This document shows positions 40,626 to 53,876 of a DNA stretch of 64,000 nucleotides, in pieces. The position numbers were made by a program, and so were the translations under genes. Source of the stretch: Lama glama (Eukaryota); assembly GCA_028534125.1 (NCBI GenBank), contig CM052832.1, positions 12,464,001 through 12,528,000 on the forward strand. Direction: 5' to 3'. How positions within the stretch are numbered: position 1 is the first letter of the stretch; every line of letters begins with the position of its first letter. Under the pieces are notes generated by a model. It did not search any database. It was not told where the DNA came from and worked only from the letters and a program-made list of their open reading frames with translations.

Positions 40626-42965
40626 TATTTATAGTATCTTCTTAAGATGTAATTTTTGTATTCCCTCAGCATTTGGTGTTAATTTAAATTAAATCATAGT
40701 TCTTTAATTTCACATGTTCTTATGTGTACTGTATTTTCTAAACTTTTAAGTTTCTTAGAAGGTGTCCACTCTCTGCTTTTAATCTTTACTGTTTATGTCT
40801 TTGAGTATTTTGGTACTTTTCAAAACCTGGTGGGCTTAGAAGAGGAAAAGAAGAGTTGTGAGAAGCTGATTGTGGCTGGTGCCCTTTTAGGTCAGTAATA
40901 CCTGTTTTGATGTGGCCTGAATATTCCAGTTCATTTTATATGACCAGAGATGCTCCAGCTTACAATTAAGGGATTCATTGTGAGTTGGGTCATTCATATC
41001 ACTCTGTATTTATTACTTAAATGTGATCACTTACATTGGTAGGATGGATGGGGAAGAGAGGATTGGATAAGAGTGCATCTTGGGAGACCAGACTTCAATG
41101 TGGTTTCATAATAGGTGGGCACACAGGGCAACATGAGAGCCGAAGGCACAAACTGGAGGTCAAAAGATTACTAGATAAGCTCTCTGTTTTAAAAATTAGC
41201 CAGGAGTTATTCCTGAGCTTCAAAAAAGAAGATGGATTTTTTTTTTTTAAGCTTCTGTTTCTTGCTATTGTATGGCCTGACCCTGGATTTTGGAACTTCA
41301 GGACTATAATTCAGTAATAATATGGCTAAATAATCTTTCTAGGTTAATCTAGGAATTTTAACCATACATACCTACAACATTGTTTTTAAGGAAAAATGAG
41401 TTCTGAGTTCCAAACAATTGAATTACAAATAGATTGTATTCTAGAAGGGAACTTCTAGTATATAAACTTTGCTTATATAATATGATTTAGGAAATATGTC
41501 TTGTTTCCAAGCCTTTGCTCTTGAGCAGTATAATAGGTATAAGAAGTAGGAAGAGAATACGAAAACATCTAAGAATCTAAACTATTAGGCACTTGAATAA
41601 ATGGATTGCATAAGAATTCCTGACTGCCAAATAAATTATCAAGGAGAAAAACTAATCTTATAATATCTGTTATATTTTCTGGTTGCAAAAATAATGTATG
41701 TTCAGGACAGAAAACTCAAACACACAAAAATAAGGCATTTACCCTTCTTTGCCCTTATAGTGCCTAACCCATTGTAAATCCACCAGACAGAGAAAACAAC
41801 AGGTAAAACATTTTCCTGAACGTGCCATCTTCAGAGAGACATAAATTCAGTGTATATGTGCATATAATTGATTTAATTTAAAAAATCTAGTGGACACCGT
41901 ATTAGGGCATGATTATAAAATGTCAGATCCCTGTACTCCTTAGAGGTTCTTAGAGGTGGTAGTAGAGGTCCCTAGGTTATTTTAATGAGTTTTAAAGCTT
42001 AAAAAAATGTGAATAGTGGTTAAGACAATAAATGTTTTCTGTTTGTGAGGCAACATTCAAAGAATATTATGTGTGTTGTCTTCTTTCAGGTTCAGTAGCT
42101 CTGTGAGATGGGTATTAGTAATACCTATATATTTTATACAAGAGGAAACAGATCTAAGTTACTTGCCCAAGGTTAGTCAGGATTGTAACAGATGTGTTTG
42201 ATTCCAGAACTCTCTCTTAACTACTATATTAATGGGACTACATAGGCTAAAATGTCAATCTTAAATTTAAAAAATTTTTAATTTCTTTTGTGAGGGCTGG
42301 GCTAGCCTGAAATTCTGTTGCTTAATTATGGTTGTTATGCTGATCAGAATCTTCTGCAGTTCTATACGTTTTGATCTAAAAAAGCCAATAAATTAGTAAC
42401 AAGTGCAGTTTAGAAAGAAAATATTAGACGTTTGAGGTTCACAGGAAAAATATAGTAGTTCCTTGGTGATGCATTTGGGATCTTGCTGGATTGTGATATG
42501 AATGCTTATTAATTATCTCTTCTCTTTTCCAATCTCTGGTTCTCTCTAATATCAACCATCTAAAATCCTGCTTTCTGAAATATTGCACTAAGGGAATTAC
42601 TTTGGATTCTGTGGCAGTTGAAATTTATGTCTGTAATTTAATTCAGTTGTTCATTAAAAAAATTTTTTTTAGTCATACCAATTCTTTGATACTGATTTGA
42701 ACCTAATGAAAGAGGAAAGGAGTTTGGTTTTGATGTCAGGAATTTTTTCTTAACCAGGGATACCTGCTGCAAAGGTTAAAGTTTGGAGAGAGAAAAGAGC
42801 AAGTACCCTGCCTGATTTTGTTAGCCAAATGAAACGTGTTACCTTTTCTTTCTTTTTTCTTTTTTGGGCTGCAATAACTTAATATAAAATCTGGTTGCAT
42901 TTCGGAATGGGAGCGCATATGTAAAACTTTCTGTACTATGAATATATATAGTTAATGTACTTTGT

Positions 42966-43001
42966 ATCGCTTCTCAGCCTTTTGGCTACGATCACGTGCA
43001 A
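42966..43001 (+). pseudogene. 3'-truncated (tailless) U2 snRNA retropseudogene
   Basis: ATCGCTTCTCAGCCTTTTGGCTACGATCACGTGCAA matches U2 nt 1-36 (ATCGCTTCTCGGCCTTTTGGCTAAGATCAAGTGTAG) with 5 mismatches. Flanked by direct repeat TTAATGTACTTTGT at 42952-42965 and 43002-43015. Confidence 0.9.
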
Positions 43002-45469
43002 TTAATGTACTTTGTAACCATTGCTACTTCATTCTGGGGAATAAGTAGGAAGAATTTTCTTTCTGGATAGAAACTTCGAAAGACACAAGGATGATCTAGA
43101 ACCCACTCATTGTCTTCTCCATTTTGCCTCACTTAGGCCTAGCCCTTCCTGTGTCAACCTTGGTATTGGTTCTGCTTCTTCTCTATTCTTATTTTCTTCA
43201 GCTCATTTGCATGGCTTCATGTAGAAGCATTCTTCTTGGATCCATGTTACTCTCTTTTCTAAGCACGTAATAGTCCTTTTCTAGCTATGTCAGATACCTG
43301 CTTCTTTCAACATATTCAGCTTTTTCCGACTGCTTCATATCACACTCAACTCCACCTAGTCAATGAAGCAAACACTACCTGCTGACTTTGACTTTCCCTT
43401 ATTTCCCTGACCTTTTAGTCAGGGGCACCCTCCACCCTCACATGCATACTGTTTGTACTTAACTGATTGTTGTGTTCTAAACTCCTTAGGACACATTCTA
43501 ATTTTGTTCTCTGGATATTATGCATTATAGTGTTGCTTAATACCTTTGTGTTTTGTAAATAATGAAATATATTTCTCATTTGTTTATATGTAATGATTTT
43601 GTAAGGATATATTTTATAATGTTAATTAACATGGTAAATACTGTACCTAAAATGCGATTAATGGATATAACTGTTCTTTCTATATTTTTGTGCAACTGTA
43701 TTAGAAAATCCAGAATAATGGAATATCCCACTTTCAAACGTCCTTTGAAATAATCTGATTAGGATAAATATGTTTATTAACGAAATTGTTCACTGACTGA
43801 GGGTAAAACATTATGTTGGGTTCTGTGAAAAGAATTGTAAGTAAATATACCAGTCAAAAAATATGAAAAAAAAATTTGAGGCCTAGCAGATTTCAAATAA
43901 TGTGTAACATGAAGCAGTTTCTGTGTTACTGGAGATTGGACTGAATTTCAAAAGTTCATTGAAACGATGTGTTATTTATAGAACAAACTAAATACATGGA
44001 GATGTCACAGAATAAAGAAGTAATTTAACATCATTTGAATCAGTTGGAGAAGTCTTCTTGAAGGAGATGAATTGTCAAGCAGCTCAGGATTACTGCAATG
44101 GATTATTGTGGTGAGAGAGAATTTTAGATAATTGGAAGCGTTTTACCTCAACTTTACCCGCCTCTGCTGCCAGAGGAGCACAATGGTGTGTGTGTGTGAA
44201 GGCTTGGCTGTCCAATGACCAGGTCCGTGGGTGTGATGAGTGAATGTGTTGGTGCATTTGGAGAAGTAGATCAGTTGTGTTAGACGTTTTTGGGATTGTG
44301 CAGAAGAGATAATCCTTCAGGAATGGAACTTTATTGAGAGGAGTGTGCAGTAGCATAGACTATTGTTTGCTTTTTAACTGTGCATTCACTCAAGATCCTA
44401 ATACTTCCCATGCTGGGCTATGGAGTAGTCCTCATGGAAGCTTAGAATCACTTGGAGCACTGCCTAAACTCTGATGACTGTCTTCTCTGTGCTCTAGTTT
44501 TATGGGAGAGTCTCAATACATTTGTCAGCATTCCATGTGCGATTACCCTTTTTGGGCCAACTTTGACCCTAGGTGTCCAGTTAGTCCATGGCTGCCTTGG
44601 GGTGACACACCAGTCCCTGGTTCACTCTGACACAGGCAGAATAACAGGGTCATTTTCACTGATGCATAGACAGCTTTATGCCAGAAGAACTTCTTGGGGC
44701 ATTTTTTCAGGGGAGGGAGGATGGTAAATTTTAAGTGTTTTGTAGCAGATACTGAGGGCCTTTGACACTCTGCTCCAGAATGCCAACTTGTGGTGGAGTG
44801 GAAGGAGGTAGATGTGAAATGCACAGAGGTTTGAATAAGATTTAAAACAAATCAAACCAGCATTTGAGTCCATTGTGGGGTATTATTTGGCTTTGAAATC
44901 TATCCTTAAGGTTTTAGGCTCATGAAAGAGAATGGCTCTGACAATGGAGGGTGGTTTTTCTTAAAAATTTTTAATTTACAAATATTTATCAAAAGCCTGT
45001 GTTCCCATCTAGATGACTGAAAAGTGGGACATTAATTATAATACACATCCTGTTGTATATTTGTGTTTGTTGATTTGAACTTGAATGGCATATATTGCTG
45101 TCCAACTTTTCTAACACTGTATATTTAATATTTGCTGAGTGTGACTGAAACCCATTTGTTAAACTAGATAGAAGTTTTAAATGGTTAAGCTTTTATTTTA
45201 GAACAGTCCTTTATGTAGCGCTCTGAAGACCAATATGTTTACTCCCTGAGGAATATTAATACTTAATCGGCTCTTTTGTGTTTACAGTGCTCTGCTGCAA
45301 ACATTGTTTTTGACTTTGCCAGTAACTGCACTGTCATTTCTTTGGACTGGAAGAATAAGAAAGAACAGATATGCTACAGGAGCCAGCATTGGGCATGTCA
45401 CATTGACTTCTGTTCATGTATCTCCTATTATGATTATGATTATTTTTTATGTACCTTTTTACCAAACTC

Positions 45470-45790
45470 TGTTTCTCCCAACCCCAAGCCCTTGGCAGTC
45501 ACCTTTTTACTCTGCTTCTGATTTTGACTTTTTTTCTTTCAGATTCCACGTAAAAGTGATACCATACAGTATTCGCCTTTCTCTCTCTGGCTTATTTCAT
45601 TTGGCATTAACACCCTGAAGATCCTTCCATGTTGTTGCAAATGGCAGTATTTTCCTTCTTTCTCATTGCTGAATAATATTCCATTGTGTGTATATGTCAC
45701 ATCATTTTTTTTTTCATTCATTCATTGATGGACACTTAGGTTGTTTCCATATCTTGGCTGTTGTGAATAGTGCTGCAGTGAATATACCTT
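45470..45790 (-). mobile_element. LINE-1 (L1MA-like) 3' fragment
   Basis: TAGATTCCACG..CTGGCTTATTTCA..CCATGTTGTTGCAAATGGCAG..GATGGACACTTAGGTTGTTTCCATATCTTGGC. Confidence 0.85.
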
Positions 45791-45895
45791 TATATCCCAA
45801 AAGAATTTGAAGAAGTGACTGTTTTATGGAGTACTTACATGTTGTAGGAATAGTATTATAAATTATTATAATTTATAAACACATGGACACCAGTG

Positions 45896-46449
45896 TTTTT
45901 TTAACATTTTTTATTGATTTACAATCATTTTACAATGTTGTGTCAAATTCCAGTGTAAAGCACTATTTTTCAGTTATACATGAGCATATATATATTCATT
46001 GTCACATTTTTTTCTCTGTGAGCTACCATAAGATCTTGTGTGTATTTCCCTGTGCTATACAGTATAATCTTGTTTATCTGTTCTACAATTTTGAAATCCC
46101 ATCTATCCCTTCCCAGCCTCCGCCCCCATGGCAACCACAAGTTTGTATTCTATCTCTGTGAGTCTGTTTCTGTTTTGTATTTATGCTGTTTGTTTTTGTT
46201 TTTTTTTTCTTAGATTCCACATATGAGTGATCTCATATGGTATTTTTCTTTCTCTTTCTGGCTTACTTCACTTAGAATGACATTCTCCAGGAACATCCAT
46301 GTTGCTGCAAATGGTGTTGTATTGTCGGTTTTTATGGCTGAGTAGTATTCCATTGTATAAATATACCACCACTTCTTTATCCAGTCATCTGTTGATGGAC
46401 ATTTAGGCTGTCTCCATGTCTTGGCTATTGTAAATAGTGCTGCTATGAA
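45896..46449 (-). mobile_element. Young lineage-specific LINE-1 3' end running into the gap
   Basis: TTTTTTTAACATTTTTTATTGATTTACAATCATTTTACAATGTTGTGTCAAATTCCAGTG 3' UTR, then L1 body truncated by N at 46450. Confidence 0.88.
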
Positions 46450-46949
46450 NNNNNNNNNNNNNNNNNNNNNNNNNNNNNNNNNNNNNNNNNNNNNNNNNNN
46501 NNNNNNNNNNNNNNNNNNNNNNNNNNNNNNNNNNNNNNNNNNNNNNNNNNNNNNNNNNNNNNNNNNNNNNNNNNNNNNNNNNNNNNNNNNNNNNNNNNNN
46601 NNNNNNNNNNNNNNNNNNNNNNNNNNNNNNNNNNNNNNNNNNNNNNNNNNNNNNNNNNNNNNNNNNNNNNNNNNNNNNNNNNNNNNNNNNNNNNNNNNNN
46701 NNNNNNNNNNNNNNNNNNNNNNNNNNNNNNNNNNNNNNNNNNNNNNNNNNNNNNNNNNNNNNNNNNNNNNNNNNNNNNNNNNNNNNNNNNNNNNNNNNNN
46801 NNNNNNNNNNNNNNNNNNNNNNNNNNNNNNNNNNNNNNNNNNNNNNNNNNNNNNNNNNNNNNNNNNNNNNNNNNNNNNNNNNNNNNNNNNNNNNNNNNNN
46901 NNNNNNNNNNNNNNNNNNNNNNNNNNNNNNNNNNNNNNNNNNNNNNNNN
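46450..46949. other. Assembly gap (500 N)
   Basis: Run of exactly 500 N. Confidence 1.
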
Positions 46950-47572
46950 AGAGAAATGCAAATTAAAACCACAATGCAATAACCCTAAGAGCTGAAATTA
47001 AGTTGAAACAGTCAATATCAAGTATTGACGAAGATGGAATAACCAAAACTCTCATATACTCATGGTGTAAATTGACACAATCACTTTAGAAAACTGACAG
47101 TATCTACTAAATCTAAACACAGATACATACATCTTATAATCCAACAATTCTACTGCTGAGTATCTACCCAAGAGAAATGAGTGTTTATGTCTACCAAGAA
47201 ACACATGCAAGAACGTTCATAGCAGCATTGTTCATAGTACCCCCAAACCACAAAACTTTAAAAAGTAGAACAAACTATGTTAGTATATAATGGAACACTA
47301 CAAAGCAATGAAAAATCATTACCTCTCTTACACAAATGTAGATGACTCTCATAGTTATATGCTGAGAGAAAGAAGCCAGACACAAAAGACTAAATATGAT
47401 CTGATCCCCTTTACATAAAATTCAAACACAGGCAAAACCAATCTATAGTGATGAAAGTCAGAATAAGTTGGAGCTAACAACCACAGTACGGCACAAGGAG
47501 ACTCCTACTGGGGTACTGGAAATGTACTATATGTCAATCTGGGTAGGTGGTGGTTACATAAGAGAGAGAGAG

Positions 47573-47604
<32 letters not shown>

Positions 47605-49000
47605 ATCAAGTAATATATAAAAATTCATCAAATTTAAAAGAATGAGAAGCCAGAGACTCTAAGAAAATATCTGCAGAAGATATATCAGAGGACTATTATA
47701 CAAAATATACAAAGTACTCATAAAATACAGAAAGAAAACAAACCCTATTAAAATGTAGGCAAAAGATCGGAACAGACGCCTCACCAAAGAAGGTATATGG
47801 ATAGAAAATAAGCATCTGGAAAGATGCTCAACTTCATTTATCATTAGGAAACTGCAAATTAAAGCAAGATACCAAAACACACCTATTACAATGGCCAAAA
47901 TCCAAAACAATGGCAATACCAAATGCTGGTAAAGATCTGAAGCAACAGAAAACTCTCATTCATTGCTGATGGGAATGCAAAATGCTATAGCCACTTTGGA
48001 AAAACAATTTGGCAGTTTCTTTCAAACTAAACACACTCCCTGTTATTTACCAATTTGAAACTTAACGTCCACACAAAATCCTGTATGTGAATGCTTACAG
48101 CAGCTTTATTTATAGTTGCCAAAACCTGGAAGCAACCAAGATGTCCTTCAGCAGGTAAATGGATAAATAAACTGTGATACATCCAAACAATGGAATACCT
48201 TTCAGTTCTAAAGAGAAATGAGCTATCAATCATATTCCTAAGTGAAAGAAGCCAATCTGAGAAGGCTACATACCGTGTGGTTCCAACTAGTACATGACAT
48301 TCTAGAAAAGGCAAAACTATGGAGCAAGTAAAATGATCAGTGATTGCTGGAGGGTAGAAATATAAACAGGCATAGCTCAAAGGATTTTTTAGGACAGTGA
48401 AACCATTCTGCATGCTACTATAATGGTGGATGCATGTCATCATACATTTGCCAAAAGCCACAGAATGTAAACCACCAGGAGTGAACCCTAATGTAAAACT
48501 ATGGAAATTGAGTGATAATGATGTGTCAATGTACTTTCATTGACAGTAACAAGTATACTACTCTAGCGGGGGATGTTAACAGTGAGGGAGGCTGTGCATG
48601 TGTGGGGACAAAGGGTGTAGTGGAACTTTATCTCCTGCTCAATTCTGTGAATGTAAAACTGCCCTAAAAAAATATTTTTTGAATTCATTGAAGTATATAC
48701 TTGAAATGTGTGTGGTAAACTAAGTTATGTCTCAATAAAAAAGTGGGAAAAAAGATGTAAGAAGAAAAATTTAAAGGTAATCTATGGCATCAGAAGTCAG
48801 GATAGTTATTATCCTTGAGGGGCAGTGACTAGAAGAGGGCAAGAGGAAAGGGTTCTTGGTGACGGGGAATGCTATTTCTTGATACAGGGGCTGGTTACAT
48901 GGGTATATTCAATTTGTGAAAATTCATTTCACTATACACTTCAGATTTATGCATTTTTCACTATAAATGTTACAGTTCACTTAAAAGTTTAATTAAAAAA
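46950..49000 (+). mobile_element. Nested LINE-1 cluster: old L1M 3' end interrupted by an L1MC1-like element (~47632-48681)
   Basis: GAAATGCAAATTAAAACCACAATG ORF2 end at 46952. Inner element has the L1MC-type 3' UTR (GAGTGAACCCTAATGTAAA..ATGATGTGTCAATGTA). The host 3' UTR resumes at 48682. Confidence 0.8.
47561..47604 (+). repeat. Compound microsatellite (AG)8(TG)14
   Basis: Seen directly. Confidence 0.95.
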
Positions 49001-49011
49001 GATACAATAAA

Positions 49012-50162
49012 AGCAAAAATAAATAAGTAGGACTACATCAAATAAAAAGCTTCTGCATAGCAAAGAAAACCATCAACAAAATGAAAAGGCAACATACAAA
49101 TGAAAAGGGAGAAAATATTTGCAAATCATATATATGATAAGGGGTTAATATCCAAAATACATAAAGAACTTGTTAACTCAATATCGAAAAAAAAATTTGA
49201 TTAAAAAATAGGCAGAAGATCTGAACAGACATTATTCCAAGGAAGATATACAGATGGCCAATAGGTACATGAAAAGATGCTCCACATCCCTAATCATCAG
49301 GGAAATGCAAAAAAGCGCTATTATTACAAAGACAAGCAATAACAAATGTTGGCAAGAATGTGGAGAAAGGGGAGGCCTTGTGCACTGTTGGTGGAAATGT
49401 AAATTGGTGCAGCAGCTATAGAAAACAGTATGTAGGTTCCTTAAAAAATAAAAACCGATCAACCATATGATTCAGCAATTCCACTTCTGCGTATTTATCT
49501 GAACAGAACAAAAACACTAATTCGAAAAGATACATGCACCCCATATTCACTGTATCATTACTTACAATCGCCAAGCTATGGAAACAACCTAAGTGTTCAC
49601 CAACGGACAAATGAAGAAAGAAAATGTTGTGTGTATATATATATACAATGGAATATTATTCGTCCATAAAAAGAAACAAAATCTTGGCATTTGCAACAAC
49701 AGGGATTAACCCTGAGGATATTATCCTAAGTGAAAATAAGTCAGACAGAAAAAGATAAATACTGTATGATCTCCTTACATATGGCATCTTTAAAAATAAA
49801 ATAAAATAAAAAGTGAAGCTCACAGATACAAAGAACAGATTGGTGACTGGTGGTGGCAAGAGATTCTGGGGGGTTGCAAAATGAATGAAAAGGATCAAAA
49901 GGTACAAATTTCTGGTTATAAAATAAATGTCATGGGAATGCATCGTACAGCATGGTGACTAGTAATACTGCATTACCTATTTGAAAGTTGCTAAGAGAGT
50001 AGATCTTAAAAGTTCTCATCACAAGAAAAAAATTTTGGTTAACTATGTATGGTGATGAGTGTTAACTAGACTTATGATGATCATTTTGCAATATATACAA
50101 ATATCAAATCATTATGTTGTACACCTAAAACTAGTATATGATAAATATATCTCAATTTAAAA
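49012..50162 (+). mobile_element. LINE-1 (L1MA9-like) 3' fragment
   Basis: GACTACATCAAA..AAAAGCTTCTGCATAGCAAAGAAAACCATCAAC..; 3' UTR GCTAAGAGAGTAGATCTTAAAAGTTCTCATCACAAG. TSD ATACAATAAA at 49002-49011 and 50163-50172. Confidence 0.9.
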
Positions 50163-53100
50163 ATACAATAAAGGTACACTGACATGCTAATTCATCAAAA
50201 TGTATACTCAACCTGTCTAAAACTAATTATCTCTTTTCCACAATCTGCTCATCATCTTACAGATGTGATCACTGCAACCTAAGAACTTCCAAAGTATAAA
50301 CTTTCTTATACCAAACCAAACTCTGCACACCACTGACAGATAGCATTAGTAGTTGTTTCTACAATTTCACGATGGACTTTAGCCAAATCAACTAAAGTCC
50401 AGTCAGAAACCTCATCAAATAACGAGGTGGCACTGGTGTGGAGATTACCATAAATACAAATTGCCCAGTTGGGGCAAGATAGTTCTGCCCCTATTAATCT
50501 GCCACCAATGCTCCTTCATTCAAGACTGGGAAGTCAGCCCCTAATAAATGTAATTATCATGGTCAGGCACTATGCCAAGGGGCTTGACAGGCATTAGCGC
50601 TCACTAAACCTCAAAGCAACTCTAGTATATTCTTTTCTAAGGAAAAAGAGGCAGAGATCTACTGCCCAAGATCAAGAAGAAAATTCTAAAGCCAAGTTTT
50701 CAACCCAGGCCTTTGATTCCAAAGCCCATGCCACTGAGCTCAGGTGGTTTTCTGGAGATAAGAGATCAGCATGCCCTTCATTTTTGGAGGCATTTTGGAA
50801 GAGCCTAAGTTCGACGAGAAGGGGCCCTTCATTAGCCACTCAGCAAATAAGAAACGTCTTATTCCCCCAGACAGCGCTACTATTAAATTCTTTAAAATTT
50901 AATGTAACCTCACCCATATGTACTAATAGAAAAACCTTAGAAAAGGCTTGTGAGAGTTTTTTCCCCAAGAACTTGCTGGCAAGTAAAGCAGAAAATGGGC
51001 AAAACTTTGATGAATTATCCACACCAGGCTTGAAGGTTGAAAAGGGAGATGGAAAGTAGGTCGCAAGGAATGGAACTGGTTGTGGCAGAACCAATAAGGG
51101 AAGAAGGCAGACTGAGTCTCCATGGCCTGCTGCAAAGAGACATCGTGAAGTACTATCCTTTAACTGGCTGAGAAGGTGCCTCCGGGCTTAGCAGAAGAAA
51201 AAGCCCATGGGGTTCTAACAGATGGAACACCAATTTTGCTGAAAGCTGCTGCCACTTCCACTGAACTTTAGTTTGGAATTTGCATCACAGCTCTCATCCT
51301 ATGATCTTTAGCACTTCCCTCTAAGACCCCAGGGGATTCACACCCGACAACTCAAGAAAAGACAGAATGTTTTCTTTAATCTCACCCACACCACCTGTTC
51401 ACATTAGTTTCTCGAGCCCTTACAGATGTGGCGACCTCTCATATTTTGACTAGAAGTTGGTGGCCATAAAGCATCTTCATTCCTAATTACCACCACTCCA
51501 CGTTTCCCCACCCTCATCCCCCTTGTACTCCAGTCTCCTCCTTGGCCACCATCTGTGTCCTTACTCTTCCAACTCACCTCCAAACCTGGTATGTGTCCAG
51601 TGACTTTTCTGCATCCCAAATTTAAACACAAACCTTTCTTCCTGTCCCTAGCTCCAATCAAAAACACACATATAAGAATCTAATTCATGTGCAATGAAAA
51701 GTATTCAGGTAAACCTAAGAGGCTTTCAACTATGAGATCATAATATCCAGTCACCAGACAGTTTAAAACCAAGGGGAAGAAAATGCAGTCTTTAGGGACA
51801 TCTACAGAAAACGTTTTACTGTGGCTACCATTTTCTAAATTAATCCATACTGATATTACTGAGATTATAAACCCCCAAAGAGACTCTTAGTATACATCAT
51901 GTAACACCTCACACTTTTACTCAAGATTGTATGTCTATCACTTAAGTCACAGCAACTGTTTCTTGATTAGAGCCTGCCCCACAGGCAGTGAAGAAAAAGA
52001 TTAGCCTTACAAATAAAATGCACGATTTGAACATATCTTGGAAGTGCTACAGTACTTTGGGATGGGGAGGTTTAACATGGACAAGAGGTAGTGCTAATTA
52101 ACAGTAATCTAACCAAAGAAAAAGGGAATATAGGCATCAGAGAGTAGATGACGATGTCCTCCTAACCAAAAGAACAAAACAAAATTCCCTCCAAGCAAGC
52201 ATTTTTACAGATCAACATACAAAAACAGACCTTTATTTTTTAAAGGTGAGTAGCACAGCTTTGTATTATATTAAAAGGGAAAGGCAAACTAGATAATACT
52301 GTATAGAGTCAAACATTGTGAAGATTTTGTATAGTACATGCAGTTTCACGTGCAAACACAAAGACTTTAAAAATGTGATTTTCTGGACTTCAGTGGCATC
52401 TAAAGAAAATGAAGAATACCACCCATGCAACCCGAGGACAGAAACCAAGAAATCATAAATCTAGAAACAACACACACTGAATTATACTACATTTTCTCCC
52501 AGTTTACTCTTGCGAGTTTATCCAGTTTACTCTTGCTGGTTAATACACACTTAGCCAGTTAGGAATGTATTCTTCAATCTATTTTGTGTCTTTCCTTATG
52601 TCAAAAAATATTCTTTCAGGAGAGAACTTTGCCAGCACATCTATCCATATAAGGCATCCTAGAAAGGGCTGAAATTGAAAAGCAATGACCTGAAATAGGC
52701 AGAGACTTTGAAAGCATAGATGTGACCAGCAAAGCCCCCAACCCAATCTATTTCTCCAAATTCCTGCCCTACCCTTCCCATTAGGTACCATAAACTACAG
52801 AAACTTCCTCACACCATGTTCAGGAATGCTACCAGCCCAACTATGTAAGAAAACCAAATGCCTGGCCCAAGAATCTGACTAGGAGAAAGTATCTGTGATA
52901 TTTTTGAATGGTTAAAATACTTCTCCTTCCAGGAAGTGTCACTGAGTGTGTGACTATTTATATAAATGCACTTCAACTTACCAGTGTGTAAGAGTCCAAG
53001 AGGTAGACAAGACATCAACAGCTGTTACTCCATACCACCCCACTTTGGCAGAAAGAAATGAAGAAAGGCACTTCCCAAAAGATTCTGAGCACAACCCCAA

Positions 53101-53325
53101 CCACACTCTTTATCAGGACATTAACGAGGCAACAATGAGACTAAATAGAGCCTGTCCACAAACTAGAAATGCAAAATGCTGTGGTTTGGTCTGCCCCATC
53201 CCCTCTTCTCCCCCCACCAGAGTGGTCATAGCTGCATCCATGATCTTTCCAAGGACATTTTTCTGCCCTAATACAAAACTGCACCTGCCTATGATACAGA
53301 ACATTTGGTACAGTTGAACAAACAG

Positions 53326-53411
53326 ATGCAGTTAGCTAGTACTAACTACATCTTCTTCCTAATGCATTCTTTGTTCCTCTGGTTAACAGCTGCAGCCACA
53401 ACTTCAGATGT
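53326..53411 (+). repeat. 86-bp dispersed direct repeat, copy 1
   Basis: Identical to 55441-55526 except for 2 substitutions. Confidence 0.95.
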
Positions 53412-53876
53412 CCAGCACTGTCTGGAGTACTGTCTCCTAGCCTCAAGGATGACATGGCATTTTCATTCATCTTGTGCCATTTCCTCAGCCTGGTACATCA
53501 CAGATCAGTTTGGTTTTGCCCACTCCACCTTCCTCTGTATATAAGGACATGAATTTAGCAGAAAATCCAATACATTTATCCCTAGTCACATGCCAAAAGC
53601 TGCCATATGAGATTCACATTTGTGAAAACAAATATTATTCCTCTACAAAAGTCACAGTCCAACGTGAATACCTTTAAAAATTCTCCCACTAAAGATTTAA
53701 AAAAAAAAGAGATTCTCTATTAATCCAACATCTCCCTGTACAGGCCTCTGAGAATGCCAATTTAAAGAAGCTAAAAAGGGGGCAAAGATGATTGACCCAA
53801 AAGGTAACATGAAAAAAAAGTTCAAAGTATAGCCTAACTTGTACTGAAATTTTAATTCTCAAAACTGATCAAAGAA

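Noticed and set aside
24121..46449. A nested + strand gene explaining the reversed skew
   Set aside because: No exons, promoter or CpG island found, and the skew switches exactly at assembly gaps.
46403..46979. ORFs of 178-189 aa
   Set aside because: Artefacts of the N gap flanked by L1 sequence.
50784..53544. Plausible-looking 80-120 aa ORFs as a processed pseudogene or microproteins
   Set aside because: No recognisable protein similarity, poly-A or TSD. Lengths are within chance expectation.
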